Positions 39,636 through 53,364 of a stretch of 64,000 nt of DNA are shown here, piece by piece. Numbering within the stretch: position 1 is the stretch's first letter; each line of letters opens with the position of its first letter. Both the position numbers and the translations under genes were made by a program. The DNA is from Eledone cirrhosa (lineage: Eukaryota), in contig OZ024743.1 in the NCBI GenBank assembly GCA_964016885.1, forward strand, positions 54,808,001 to 54,872,000, given 5' to 3'. The notes beneath the pieces were generated by a model. It saw only the letters and a list, made by a program, of their open reading frames with translations, made no database searches and was not told where the DNA came from.

Positions 39636-39835
39636 GCACACATATATACGCATACATAAATACCCACACACAGATTATATATACATATATATATATCCAT
39701 TGGAAGTCCCTAGGCATCTCCAATCTTTTATGAAGTGAAACCGTCGGTAAAAGCAATTGGTATAGGTAAATATTTAAATTATATTTTTTTATTTATTTTA
39801 AAAAATTGTTTGAATCTTGCTTGCTCCGCTTATCT

Positions 39836-39895
<60 letters not shown>

Positions 39896-39933
39896 TAATA
39901 TAAAATCAAAAGATGGTTAAAAGAGTTTCATGT

Positions 39934-40002
39934 ATTTTATTATGCGCATTTCAAAAACAAATATCATCATGGGATGATATTTGCGTTCTCATCAGATAAA
40001 AT
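39934..40002 (-). ncRNA. Intact type I hammerhead in PLE pLTR-derived insert 39893-40170
   Basis: attttat-CTGATGA-gaac gcaaatatcatc ccat gatgatatttgt tttt-GAAAT gcgc ATA-ataaaat. Confidence 0.85.
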
Positions 40003-40457
40003 AGGGAGACATGATATGAAGCTTAAAAAACACTTGCGAGCAGTGAAGTTTTAAATCAACATATGAAAAATAAAATAAGATGAATATATGAGATTGGGAA
40101 AAAGGAAACGAAGGTGGGGGGGGGGGGGGGGGGAATTGTGCTACAATAAAACTCACCTCCTACATTAACATTATTTATACAGTATATAGATATAACGAAG
40201 GAAGTATGGTAAGGAACCAGATGCACCATAACGCACCAGAGTACTCAATACTTAGGGTAATAGTCGGTAATAGGAAAATGTTTAACCCCGACGGCAGAGC
40301 TCAAGCCATTTCGACGGCTATTTCTGGACGCGTCCAGATGAGTATTGACGTACATGTACGTCAATACTTATCTTTTTCCATTTCTCCGAGGGTTCTTAAC
40401 CCCACTATCAGGCTAAATAATTTTCTTAAGTCAAAATACGGCGATAGCTCACATTTA

Positions 40458-40499
<42 letters not shown>

Positions 40500-40504
40500 T
40501 ACAT

Positions 40505-40583
<79 letters not shown>

Positions 40584-41364
40584 CACGAGAGAGAACGAGT
40601 ATATATTTTGTGTATTTGTGCGCGTGTGGGTTAGTGTTTATAAGCTCGGGTATACTTGTGAGCAGTAATCAATTTACGTTTAGTCAAAATTAAATTTTTC
40701 TGACAATCTGCCTATCTGTCTTATCTGCCTGTCTGTTCGGCTGTCTGTCTGTTCGGCTGTCTGTCTGTTTTATCTATCTGTCAATCCTTAGTTCATTTTC
40801 TATGTCTATCTGTCTTAATTCTATATTTCAGTCAGTCTTTATGTCTGCCTCAAATTCTATGCGAATCTGTTTATATGTATATATCAAGTTCTCTATGTCA
40901 GTTTATCAGTCTATCAGTGTATCTGTCAATCATTCGTTCTGTTTATCTGTCAGTCAAAATGTCAGTTTTACTGTCAATCTGTCAACGTGTGTGTCAATTA
41001 AGTCAAGTAGTAAGTAGTTAGTTGTCCGTAGTTGCTGTGTGACTGTGTATACATACAAAAATAGTGTGTGTATATGAGTAGCCTTGCCAACCTGCTACGT
41101 ACGCCTTTCAGTCTGCCTGCTTGACTAACTAACCGCCATGCTCTCGCGACGTCAGCAGACTGTTTGCCATTTCACCATTCCCTTTCATTCGTCTTTGTAC
41201 CAAAATGTGGAACTTGATACAACAGGCTTTTACATAATATATGTATTATACATAATATATACATATATGCAGGAATAGAATCCAATGCAAACACCTAACA
41301 CTATCAAAAATGAATTAGTGCAAAAATTGCTTGGTATATAAATTTAATGCTTCGTTTTCGTATT

Positions 41365-41475
<111 letters not shown>

Positions 41476-41549
41476 TGAGAGAGAGAGAGAAAGAGAAAGA
41501 GAGAAGGAGAGAGAGATACGCCATTATATATAATGTATATATATATATG

Positions 41550-41603
<54 letters not shown>

Positions 41604-41608
<5 letters not shown>

Positions 41609-42327
41609 TTAGAAACACACAGATACATGCGGACACACACATATATACATGAATGCATCCGCACCCAACTGTGAGTTAAGTATGATACATTTTATTACTA
41701 ATTATATCTAAATGTTTCTTCTCTCTTCATAATGTATTTTTAACTCTGATACTGGTTCAGTCTGGTTCAAACTGAATTGGTCTGTCCCAGTCATTCATTG
41801 AGCAACATCGGTGAAGTTGGCACCCTTAACTCACAGTTGGGTGCGGATGCATTCATGTATATATGTGTGTGTCCGCATGTATCTGTGTGTTTCTAAATGT
41901 ATTAATAACTCCCTCTGGTCGAGCAATCTTTGAAGTGTGGGGACAACTGGAAAGCTTCCATTACTCATACTTCTCGCCTTCTTCACTACCTCTTCTACGG
42001 CCTCGATATGAATACCCCCTCCGCCTCCGTGGTATTTTTTTCGTGGTTATAAGAGGCTTAGCTCTGTTTCTCGACCGTTATATCGCGTGACTATCTCCCC
42101 CTCCGCCTTTTGGGATTCTTTCTCACGTCGTGTAGACGCGTTCTTGAGACTAGTAAAATGAGGTATCCTCTTGATAAGTCGGCAGACCTCGCAAGGACTC
42201 TATATCTTTGATATATTGTTTTTGTTTATGCCACGAAACTACGTAGTCGAGGAATTTAGGAACAGTTTAGGTATGATACATTTTATTACTAATTATATCT
42301 AAATGTTTCTTCTCTCTTCATAATGTA
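41604..42327 (+). mobile_element. Retrozyme-like family A, ~1.1 monomer plus inverted arm
   Basis: TATGATACATTTT recurs at 41681 and 42272 (period 591); 41604-41680 is inverted; hammerhead at 42167-42252. Confidence 0.85.
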
Positions 42328-42791
42328 TATATATATATATATATATATGCACATACAAATAAATACACTCGCGTAATGAATCAATGAATGAATCCCACTC
42401 TTGTGGCTGATCTTCCTTGGTTTTAGTCACAACCACCTCCGGACCACACGTTTTATCTTCATGCTCTCTTCGGGAAGAATAGGGTCAGTGGGCCCCAAGT
42501 TCTCTTCAGACCCGATTTACTGTTAGGTATGATTTCTTTAGCCTTAGTCTCGACACTAGCTCTCACAGGCAATGGAGGTTTATGCTCGGTGGTGTCGTTC
42601 TTCTAATCTGGCTGTCTTTCTAGGCTGCTTAGTCCAGATCAATCGTTATACGCGATAGGGACCTTAGTGTCAGACGTGCTGTTAAACAACTGGGTATGTG
42701 GCAACACTCAGCTTCTGTTAAAGCTTGTCTGTGTATATTGGAGTACCGTTCCTTTAAATCATCCCCACCACACACATGTGTGTGTGCGTGC

Positions 42792-42854
<63 letters not shown>

Positions 42855-42884
42855 TGTGTGTGTGTGTGTGTGTGTGCGTGTGTG

Positions 42885-42930
<46 letters not shown>

Positions 42931-43369
42931 TGTGTGTGCGCGCGTGTGTGTAATGCACTGAGTATGGAAGGTTAAATTAAATACAATCAAGCCACCGAGG
43001 AAAATAAATTAAAAATTTAATGAATATTTTAATCATTTCTGCAAATAATGTGAGAGACGCTGACTAGTCGAATTGTGTTATAGTAATAGGAATAAGACAC
43101 GTGGCTTAGTGAATAGGAATGTTTACTCATTTTCATAAGGTCATGAGTTCGGAACCCAGCGGAGCGTTGTGTTGTCGACTAAGGCATTATTTCACTTTGC
43201 TTGAAACAACTCAGCTAAAGTATATATGTGTTGTAACTGTAATTCAAACGGTCAGCCATATCATATTCCGTATCACGCTGAATCTTCCTGTGAACTACAT
43301 TGCTCATACGTTGCACGAGCACACATTCATACATCCATACATCCATATATATACATGGTTACATACATT

Positions 43370-43403
<34 letters not shown>

Positions 43404-44009
43404 GACACACACACGTGTGTGTGTGTGTTCGTGTGCGAGCGCTTCTCTGTATATATGCATGTACACTTACTACATACACACAAACACACACATATATACA
43501 TACATTCATACAACTCAGACGCAGCGAAATTTAACTCTGCAGCACTATCAGACCTCTAAACTTCAGTGTCAAAGAACCCCTCAACACAAACGTATCCGCC
43601 TTCGTGAAACATATAGATATTTGCAAGAACGAAATAAAGATTACTATCCACATCCACACCAAAGATAGGAATACCGGCATTCTCAGAATCAAATCTGAAG
43701 TCTGTCTCAAGTCAGAAATCTCGTTAGGCCGGTCTTTATCCCGAATTCGTTGTGTGAAGCGATTGTGAGTACAATAATCTTCCCTGGAGAGGATACCTGT
43801 CCAGCACAGGGTTAAACACCCAGCTACTGCTGGTACTGATTTTGAGAGGAGTATGCTTGACATTTCCTAACCTCTTCCACTCTCGATACGATGAAGTCCC
43901 TATCTTTCCATTTTACACAAGCGTTAGTCAAATACCAGCTTTTGTATTACAGTCGGCGTTTGTTGTCCCTGTGGCACACATTTTCCAGCTGATGGAGTGG
44001 AGCAATGTG

Positions 44010-44450
44010 AAAGGCAAATAGATAGAGAGATAGGCAAAGAGATAGAGAGATAGAGAAAGAGACAGAGAGAGAGGCAACTAGATAGAGAGATAGGCAAATA
44101 GATAGAGAGATAGGTAAAGTGATAGAGAGGTAGGTAAAGAGATAGAGAGATAGGTAAAGAGATAGAGAGGTAGGTAAAGAGATAGAGAGATAGGGAAAGA
44201 GATAGAGAGGTAGGTAAAGAGATAGAGAGAGAGGAAAATAGAAAGCGAGAGAGATAAAGAGACAGAGAGAGAGGTAAAGAGACAGAGAGATAGTTAAAAC
44301 GAGAGAGATAGTTAAAGAGACAGAGAGATAGTTAAAGCGAGAGAGATAGTTAAAGAGATAGAGAGATAGTTAAAACGAGAGAGATAGTTAAAGAGATAGA
44401 GAGATAGTTAAAGCGAGGGAGATAGGGAAACAGATAGCGAAATATAGGCA
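44010..44450. repeat. Degenerate (GA)-rich minisatellite
   Basis: ~20-bp GATAGAGAGATAGGTAAAGA-like units. Confidence 0.8.
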
Positions 44451-44480
44451 TCAGACAGAAAAACAGACAGAGACAGACAA

Positions 44481-47400
44481 ATTTCTGTTTATTTGCCACG
44501 AGGGCACAAAAGAAAGGGACACATCCATGGGGGGGGGGGGGGTTACATAGAAATCGAGTAAAAAAATGTAATAACAAATAAAATTATAACAAAAAGGTCC
44601 TCAATAGGGAGGGATCGTTTTGGGGTCACACAGACCGCCGAAAAAAAATGTGCAACCCTTCTCCACGGGAGCACAAAGAGAGGGTGCTCCCTTCTTCCTT
44701 CATCCTTTTCCACCTACAGGCTGAGGTAGAGAGAAGGCCCATTGACACGGGCCATTCTCGCAACTTTCACTCACCTTTCATAAAACTGGCTGGGGTGGAG
44801 CACCTCTCTCTCCATCCTGATCCTTCTTCCGAAATGGTATCGGAAGAAAAGGACGAGTTGTTGGCCGGAAAGAAAGGTGTCCGACCTCAGCCCTTTTAGA
44901 CGCGACCACCATACAACCTCTTTTACCATGGCTATTACACAGAGGAAGACCGCCTCTCCTTCATTTTTGAAGGGGGAGGCGGCTTGATCGTTACAATGGA
45001 CTCGGTGGTCAACCTAATTAGTCCCACCCGTGACAGCAGTTGTTCGACAGCCCCACAGATCGGCAATGCCCGGATAGTGTACCAATGCGTGCGCGACGGT
45101 TTCCTCGTCGCGCACGCATCTGGGACAGATCTTTTTCGAGGGGTCCCTACCCTGGCGCCCGTGTCTGTAGAGCTTATCCCGAACGGGCAGAGCCCCTCGG
45201 TAGCACTGCCAGGCCAAGGACTTCAGGAAGTGGTCCATAGGTCCCGGGCCGAAAGTCCTACCGAATAGGCTGGCCAGTTCGTCCTCCTCCATGCCTAGGG
45301 TTTCTCCGAGGGCGTCGTCGCACCTGCTAACCACCAACCCTCTATAGAATGACGAAGTGGAGTCTCCACCGACAGCCGGGTCCGCCTGCCAGAGAGCCGT
45401 AAGCGCCTAGGCACACTCGGTGTGCCAGTCGCCCAGTTTTCTCGGTCTTTGCTTCACCCAGGACTACAGCTCGGTGAGCGAGACGAGCCTCGGGAAGGCT
45501 CGCCTCACAAACGGGGCCCACACCGGTTGACCGGTGAGGAATACCTGGAGGTATCGTAGCCTCAATGCGTGTTTACGCATTTTTAGCCACGGCATCCCCA
45601 GCCCTCCTTTCAAAGGGTGTTGACAGCAGATAGATCTCCTCACCAGAGGAGACCTCTTCTTCCAAAGGAAATGAAAGAGAGCGCGCTCCATTTTGGCGAG
45701 GATCTCACCCGGGCAAGGCACGACAGTCAAGCGGTAATAGATGACGGACGCTATGTAAGCGTTCGCCACCTCCGCCCGACCTTTCAGGGATAGTTTGCAC
45801 TCGGCCCACTTCTGGGTCAGTGCAAACACCCTATTCGTCACCTCAACCCAATTTTTCTCCACCTGGAGGTCCGGTCCGAACCAGACCCCAATCAACTTCA
45901 CCGGGCCCTCCGTCCACCGTCCGACGATACCGTCGGACGACATCGGTTTTCCCCTCCACTCGCCGAGTTGCAATGCGACTGACTTGTCCCGGTTCAACTT
46001 AGCCCCTGTCAAATTTTCGTACTCCTCCAGTAAGGTGCCGATTGCCACGATTTCCGCGGTGGTCGACACCATTACTGTTACGTCATCGGCGTAGGCCGAC
46101 ACCGCTTTGCGCAATCCCAGTTCCAAAGGGATGCCCTGCAACAACTCCAACTTCCGGACTAGTGGCTCGAGAGCCAATACATACAGAAGGGAGGAGAGAG
46201 GGCACCCCTGTCGGATGGAACGGGTGATTTCGAACGGCTCCGAGAGGTAGCCGTTCACCTTGACTCTAGAGCAGAAGCGGCTGCTATGCATGGCAGTGAT
46301 CCAGCCCCTGAAAACGGGTCCGAAACCAGCCGCCGCTAGCACCGCATCCAGGTAACCATGGTCCACCCTATCGAAAGCTTTAGACTGATCTAAATTTATC
46401 AGGGCCCCACCAAAGCCGCGTTCGTTCCCAACCCTCTCTATGATGTATCGCATGAGGTGGAGGTTGTCGTGGATGGACCTGGACGGGATAGCGTATGTCT
46501 GCGCATCTCCCCCCCCCCACGACAAGCGCCAGCCTTTTCGCTAACACCCTGGCCAAAATCTTTAACTCTGCATTTAGCAGAGTTATGGGCCTAAAATTAT
46601 TAAAATTACTAATGTTCTCGTCCTTCTCCACTAGCGAGACTACGCCCTTGGTCACAGAACAGGGAATTCTCCCGTTCTGTTGCCAGTTGCAGTAGACCGC
46701 CTCGAGGAGATCGGGGAACAAGTCCGGCATATTAATATATAGTTCGTAGGGCAGCCATCGTGGCCTGGAGATTTGCGTTTGCCGCATAGGTTTAGCACGT
46801 CCCCTATTTCAGCAGCTGAGATCGTCCTGTTGCAGGACCTCGTCTCCTCGTCCGAAAGACGCGGCAGGCCGTCGAGGTATGGACCGAAATCCCCCCCCCC
46901 CCCGCCCCATCGGACAAAGTGCCTTTGAAAGGCCTCGCACATCTGCTTAGGTTCAAGGATCACCCATCCATCCTGGTCTCGCAAAGACCGGATAGTGGAT
47001 CTAATCCCACTTTTGGCTTCTGTCACGCGAGCCCAGTTAACAGCTTTGGTCCCCTCGTTTCCCAGAGCACGTATTTTGCTTCGGACAACGCAGCCTTCGT
47101 GTTTCGCGTCGAAGAACTGGCTCAAGGCCGTTCTCGACGCTTGCACTCTGGCCACGTTGCCGCTTCTAATTGCCTCTTCAACATTCACTACCAACTCCCT
47201 TTCCTTCCTATTTCTATCTGAGGCTAACTCCTTAGTAACTCCTATTGAAACTACTCTAATCTCTCTTTTCAACCGCTCCTTAACTAAGGTTCTAATCCGG
47301 TGCCTGTAAGCTCTACTTGACGGTAAGGACAAGTTGAGCTTCCAGTAACCGGGTCCCTGCCTATGCGTTCTATTGTTACACCCCCCTCTATCGGGACATG

Positions 47401-47570
47401 CCCCTATATAGTCCCAACGTGCATCTAGGATACCATTCCAGTCCCCCACTAAAAGCAAGACGGGGGACGTCCCTAGAAAAGTCTCCAGACGATGGAAGAA
47501 GTCCAGCCGCATTGCCCCAAAAGGGGCGTAAACGGCGACCAGCCTAAAAGCTTCGCCTTCACCACTGCCA
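44481..47570 (-). mobile_element. 5'-truncated, decayed Tx1-clade LINE (ORF2 and 3' UTR)
   Basis: Broken ORF2 with GDWN, LDQSKAFDRV, QGCPLS and YADD; 3' end CCCTCGTGGCAAATAAACAGAAAT. Confidence 0.9.
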
Positions 47571-47871
47571 TGCAAACAACCTAAATATCTTTCGAGTATT
47601 CTACGTAAGTAGTATATGCTATATAGTAGGCAATAGTGGACAACCAACTAGTGTGTCTAAACGAAAGCAGGTGAAGGAATCTAATGGAATCTCTAGAATA
47701 TGATGGATATGAAGAGGCAATAGGCACGGAAGATGTCTCTTTACACAGTTAAATAGCAAAATACAAGTTAGTTTGGCGGTTGATGAATTACTAAGAGTTG
47801 CTTGTTACTCTTGTTAGTGTAGTTATCATTGTTATGGCGTTTGAGCAGAGGGAAAAAAGGGGAAAAGACAA

Positions 47872-47998
47872 ACAGTATGTGTGTGTCTACATGTATGTGT
47901 GTGAGTGTGTGTATATGTATGTGTGTGTGTGTGAGTGTATGTTGGTGTGTGAGTGAGTGTATATGTTTGTGTGTGTGTGAGTGTATGTTGGTGTGTGA

Positions 47999-48031
<33 letters not shown>

Positions 48032-49351
48032 AGTGTATGTTGGTATGTGAGTGTGTGTATATGTATGTGTGTGTGTGAATGTATGTTGGTGTATGAGTGT
48101 ATATGTGTGTGTGAGTGTATGTTGGTATGTGAGTGTGTGTATATGTATGTGTGTGTGTGAGTGTATGTTGGTCTGTGAGTGTGTGTATATGTATGAGTGT
48201 GTATATGTATGTGTGTGTGTGAGTGTCTGTTGGTTGTGAGTGTATGTGTATGTGTATGTTGGTGTGTGAGTGTATATGTATGTGTGTACATGTATCTGTG
48301 TGTGTACCTGCATGTGTGTGTATGAGTGTATATGTATGTGTGTACATGTGTGTGTGTGTGTGTAATGTTTATGTGTGTACATGTATGTGTGTGTACTTGT
48401 GTGTGTGTGTACATGTATGTGTGTATGAGTGTATATGTATGTGTGTACATGTATCTGTGTGTACCTGTGTGCGTGTATCTATGTATGTACATGTATGTGT
48501 GTGTACTTGTGTGCGAGTGTATATGTAATGTGTGTGTGTATATGTATGTGTGTACATGTATGTGTGTGTGTATATGTATGTGTGTACATGTATGTGTGTG
48601 TATATGTATGTGTGTACATGTGTGTACCTGTGTGTATATATGTATGTGTACATGTATGTGTGTGTACTTGTGTGTGTGTGTATGTATTGTGTACATGTAT
48701 GCGTGTACTTGTGTGTGTGTATGTATATATGTATGTGTGTACATATGTGTGTGTGTACTTGTGCGTGTGTATGTATATGTATGTGTGTACATATATGTGT
48801 GTGTGTGTACTTGTGTGTGTATGTATATGTATGTGCGTATATGTATCTCTGTGTACTTGTGTGTGTATGTATGTGTGTACATGTATGTGTGCGTGTGAGT
48901 GGATAGGTACGTGTGTACATGTGTGTACCTGTGTGTGTATATATGTATGTGTGTACATGTATGTGTGAGTGTGCATATGTATACGTGTACATGTGTGTGC
49001 GTGCACCTGTGTGTGTATGTATATGTATGTGTGTACCTGTTTGTGTGTGACTTGTTTGTGTATGTATATGTATGTGTGTACCTGTTTGTGTGTGACTTGT
49101 TTGTGTATGTATATGTATGTGTGTACATGTTTATGTGTGTACTTGTGTGTGTATGCATATGTATGTGTGTACATGTTTGTGTGTGTACTTGTGTGTGTAT
49201 GTATATGTATGTGTGTATATGTTTGTGTGTGTACTTGTGTGTGTATGTATATGTATGTGTGTACATGTTTGTGTGTGTACTTGTGTGTTTGTGTGTATAT
49301 GTATGTGTGTGTATATGTATGTGTGTGTGTGTGTGTATGTATGCGTCTGCA

Positions 49352-49383
<32 letters not shown>

Positions 49384-49530
49384 CACGTATGCCTGTGTGC
49401 TTGAGTGTGTGTGTGTAGTTGTGTGTGTACATGTATGTGTGTGTAGTTGTGTATGTGTGTATATTTGTGTACATCTGTGTAGGTGTGTGTATATATGAAT
49501 CTGTAAATGTATGTGTATATATGTATATAT
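47872..49530. repeat. Complex (TG/TA) satellite, ~1.65 kb
   Basis: Recurring TGTGTACATGTATG and GAGTGTATGTTGG sub-units; source of many spurious ORFs. Confidence 0.9.
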
Positions 49531-49692
49531 AATTGGTGTGGCATGCTTAAAGCGTCCGTAAGAGGTAGGCCGTTTGAGCACTCGATGCTCGAGCAGAGTA
49601 TAATATCAGATAAGAAACGGAGAATCAGTGGTGCGACTAATAAATTGTATTCGTCGCACTACTGATTCTCCGTTTCTTATGTGATATATATA

Positions 49693-50503
49693 CAGGGTGC
49701 GGAGGATATTTGTTCGCAAGGTTGCTGTCTAGGAAAAAATAACACAGTATTTTTATTTTTTAAGATATATTTATCAAACTTGGGTCAGTTTGTCTTCATG
49801 ACTTGGTCTTTCGATCCCACTCGATAAACTTGCCATGGGCTTTGATGACGGCCTCAAGGTGGCCTCGGAACCGACTACAGGTCTTCGTCACTGTCCCCCG
49901 ATTAGGCCCATAAAGGCACTTGTGATCCTGGCCTTCAGATCGTCTTTCGTGTTGCAGCTAGATCTGTTGGTGTCTCGTTCCACTGCACCCCACACAAAGA
50001 AGTCGAGGGGGTTGCAGTCGGGCGAGCTGGGAGGCCAGATGTCAGGTGAAGTGTGGTCGACGAAGTTCTCTGACAGCCAGGCTTGGGTCTTTCGGCTGGT
50101 ATGGCAGGGCGCTGAGTCTTGCAGCCACACGTACGGCCTACCTGCAGCTACATGGTCGATCCAGGGCTTTACTACCTCGCTCAGAACGCGGATGTAGCCA
50201 TTGGTGTTCAGCTTGAGGCCCTCAGGGAAGAAGTGAGGTGGGCACGTCTTTGGATGAGACACCATTCTCCTGCTGACGCTGAGAAAGTCTGAAATTTCCA
50301 TATTTGTCCTCCCGGTGCGGATTCCAAGAACTCCGTGTCTCTTCCAGAAATTTGGAGGTTCAAAATTATTCATAATCAATTATTCTGAAAATAAATAATG
50401 TAAATATAGTCACTGTTTTTATGAAGACAAGAGTGATAACGGAAGTAAAAAAAATTTGCATAAAATTAGCAGTTGGAAATTGCGAACAAATATCGTCCTC
50501 ACC

Positions 50504-50506
<3 letters not shown>
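49693..50506 (-). mobile_element. Internally deleted Tc1/mariner DD37D (maT/mori-type) transposon
   Basis: ~27-bp TIRs CAGGGTG.GGA.GATATTTGTTCGCAA with TA flanks; QDSAPCH...WPPSSPDCNPLD has 37 residues between the second and third catalytic Asp. Confidence 0.9.
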
Positions 50507-50573
<67 letters not shown>

Positions 50574-50630
50574 AGAAGTTATATTTAATTTATCTTTCTT
50601 CTTTCGTTTTTTCCTATTCCTTTTCCTTTT

Positions 50631-50685
<55 letters not shown>

Positions 50686-50742
50686 AGAAGTTATATTTAA
50701 TTTATCTTTCTTCTTTCGTTTTTTCCTATTCCTTTTCCTTTT

Positions 50743-50771
<29 letters not shown>

Positions 50772-50779
<8 letters not shown>

Positions 50780-51392
50780 ATATTTTGGGAGGGTCATGTT
50801 GCCAATAAGAAACACACGCACGAATTGCTTTCAGTTCAAATTATTATAAATTTTATAAATCTTATAAATATAAATTTTATAAATTTCCGGTTGGTTGGTT
50901 GGTTCTACAACCGGATGATTGTTTATATATTGTCAAAGTTCTTTCGTCACACACTCTGTGACCTCTTCAGTGACTGGGGATTCTTTTCTTTGTTTTGTGC
51001 CTCTCCTTTGTTCTGTCCTACGCCTTCTTGTTTTTGTGTGTGTTGTGTGCTTGGTTTGCGCATGTGTTACATCCGGGTGTCTGTGTGTGTTTTTATTTGT
51101 TTATTTACATGTTACTAATTAGTTGTTTGTTCTATCTGTGTGTGTTTTCATTTGTCCTTAATTATAAGTGATGTTGCTATTCCTTCATGTTTTCTATTTA
51201 ATTTTGGTTGGAGTTATTTATGTTTATTGCCTCTGTGATTTGTCTAAGCATTGCGTCTTTTCTGTGTGTAGATTCTATTTTTATCTCTATGTTCTCTAAT
51301 TTGGCCTTATTGTCTATTTAAGCATGTTGGTGGAGTATTGATGAGTCTTTTCTATCTTGAAGCTCTCGCCAGTGTTCATTTAATCGTTCTCC
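50772..51392 (-). mobile_element. PLE 3' fragment: GIY-YIG C-terminal half, hammerhead and tail
   Basis: ERLNEHWRELQDRKDSSILHQH...MLRQITEAINI at ~51390-51200; hammerhead gtca-CTGAAGA-g-gtcac agagtgt gtgac-GAAAG aa CTT-tgac at 50932-50974. Confidence 0.8.
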
Positions 51393-51602
51393 TATAGTAC
51401 GAGCTGTCTCACCTATGTACATTATATATAATGTACCAGTAATGCACTGGGTAATTGCTGGCCTTGTGCCTAAAGTAGAAACAATTATATATAATGTACA
51501 TAGGTGAGACAGCTCGTAGAGACAGTGAGAGAGATAGAGAGAGAGAGGTGGCGATAGAGAGAGAGAGAGATTGTGTACCTGTTTGTGCGTGAGAGAGAGA
51601 GG

Positions 51603-51653
<51 letters not shown>

Positions 51654-52936
51654 CTGAGAGAGAGCGTGGGTGTGGGTGAGAGAGAGAGGGGGGGGGGGGG
51701 GCGAAGAGATGTTGTAGATGTAGAATCGACCATTAAAATGCTACTTTATCGAATCGACTTTGAAAGGATAAAAGGTAAAGTTGACCTCGTCAACCAACAT
51801 ATCACAATATCTTTGTATATAAAAGTTAAACACAAACAATATGAAAAGAAACAATGGCTGCCGAGTATGAAAGGGGCAATGACTGCAATGAACACTTTGA
51901 TCATGGTGAACAACTGGTAGGAGTTGATTGGCAGTGGGAGGAGGGGGAGTAGGATATATTATTGTGACCAGACCAAGTGTTGAGTAACAGTGGGAAAATG
52001 AAACGGATGTGATGAAATAGGAAGTAGGAGGGAGAGGAAGATTGGGGATGATGGAAGAAGAGGTGGAAGGGGAAGAAAATAATGAGGTGGAAGCGGAAGA
52101 AAAGGAAGAGGAGGAGGAAGTGGAAGTGGTGGTGGACGAGGGGAGAAAGAAGAAGAGGTGGAGGAGGACGAGGAGAAAGAGGTGGTGGAAGATTGAGGAT
52201 GAAGGGGAGCCAGAAGAGGTGGGCATGGGCGGAAGATGAGGAGGAAGAGAAAGGGAAGAAGGGGAGTTAGAAGAGGGGGAAGAAGAAGTAGAAGAGGAAA
52301 AATGGAGGAGGAAGAAAGGGATGAGGAAGAGAGGAGGATGTATAAGAGGAGGAGGAACGATAGAAGATGGTGACAAACTATTAGGACAGTACAAGGTGAC
52401 ATGGTAGAACAACTGTTGAATTACAGTGAGAAGTGATAGAACTGTTAGGAGTTGAGTAAGAGTTGGAGGAAGAGAACTTAATTCATAATTGTTTCTACTT
52501 TTGGCACAAGGCCATCAAATACCCAGTACATTACTGGTACTTTATTTTATCGACCCCATAAGGATGAAAGGCAAAGTTAACCTCGGCGGGATATGAACTC
52601 AGACCGTAAAGGGACGTAACTATGCTGGAAAGCATGGCGTCCGTAATTCATAATAGCAATTTAAGATAACCTTGTCTGTTTCTACTTCGTCGTCTTCATA
52701 TTTATATTCATCAACTATTTCTTTGTCTTTTATTTCTATTTCTCCCTATTAATATTATTATTATTTTCACTATCAAATGAGTTCAAATCCCGCCGAGGTT
52801 AACTTTGCCTTTCATCCTTACGGGGTCGATAAAATAAAGCACCAGTAACGTACTGGGTCGATTTAATCGATTTTCCCCTCCCCCAACATTGCCTATATAA
52901 GAAACCATTATTTTCACTGTCAACAATATTATTACT

Positions 52937-53316
52937 AATTGGTGTGGGATGCTTAAAGCGTCCGTATGCGGTAGGCCGTTTGAGCACTCGATGTTGTTAC
53001 AGAGCAGATTATGATATCACATAAGAAACGGAGGATCAGTGTTGCGAAGAATAAAATTTATTAGACATATTACAATCGTTTCTCTGGCGACCAGCTTGAG
53101 GCACGATCGATATAATGATCGAACCTGACTCTGAAATCACAAGGTCCTCAGATACGTCTCGATACGCTACGAAGCAGAGTTTCCAAAAATGTCTAATAAA
53201 TGTTATTCGTCGCAACACTGATCCTCCGTTCCTTATGTGATATCATACTCTGCTCTGTAAGAGCATCGAGTGCTCAAACGGCCTACCGCTTACGGACGCT
53301 TTAAGCATCCCACACC

Positions 53317-53320
<4 letters not shown>
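52937..53320. mobile_element. Two-armed insert with hammerhead at 53064-53158 (-)
   Basis: ~130-bp inverted arms; gacgtat-CTGAGGA...GAAAC gatt GTA-atatgtc. Relatives at 49531-49688 and 55252-55650. Confidence 0.8.

Positions 53321-53364
<44 letters not shown>

Noticed and set aside
47768-49581. Long ORFs up to 564 aa rich in H/T/Y or V/C/M
   Set aside because: Translations of TG/TA satellite that lack stops by composition; the same applies to all YIYI, CVCV and SLSL ORFs in the window.
51741-52412. Ser/Pro-rich and Glu-rich ORFs
   Set aside because: Purine-rich (GAG/GAA) low-complexity tract.
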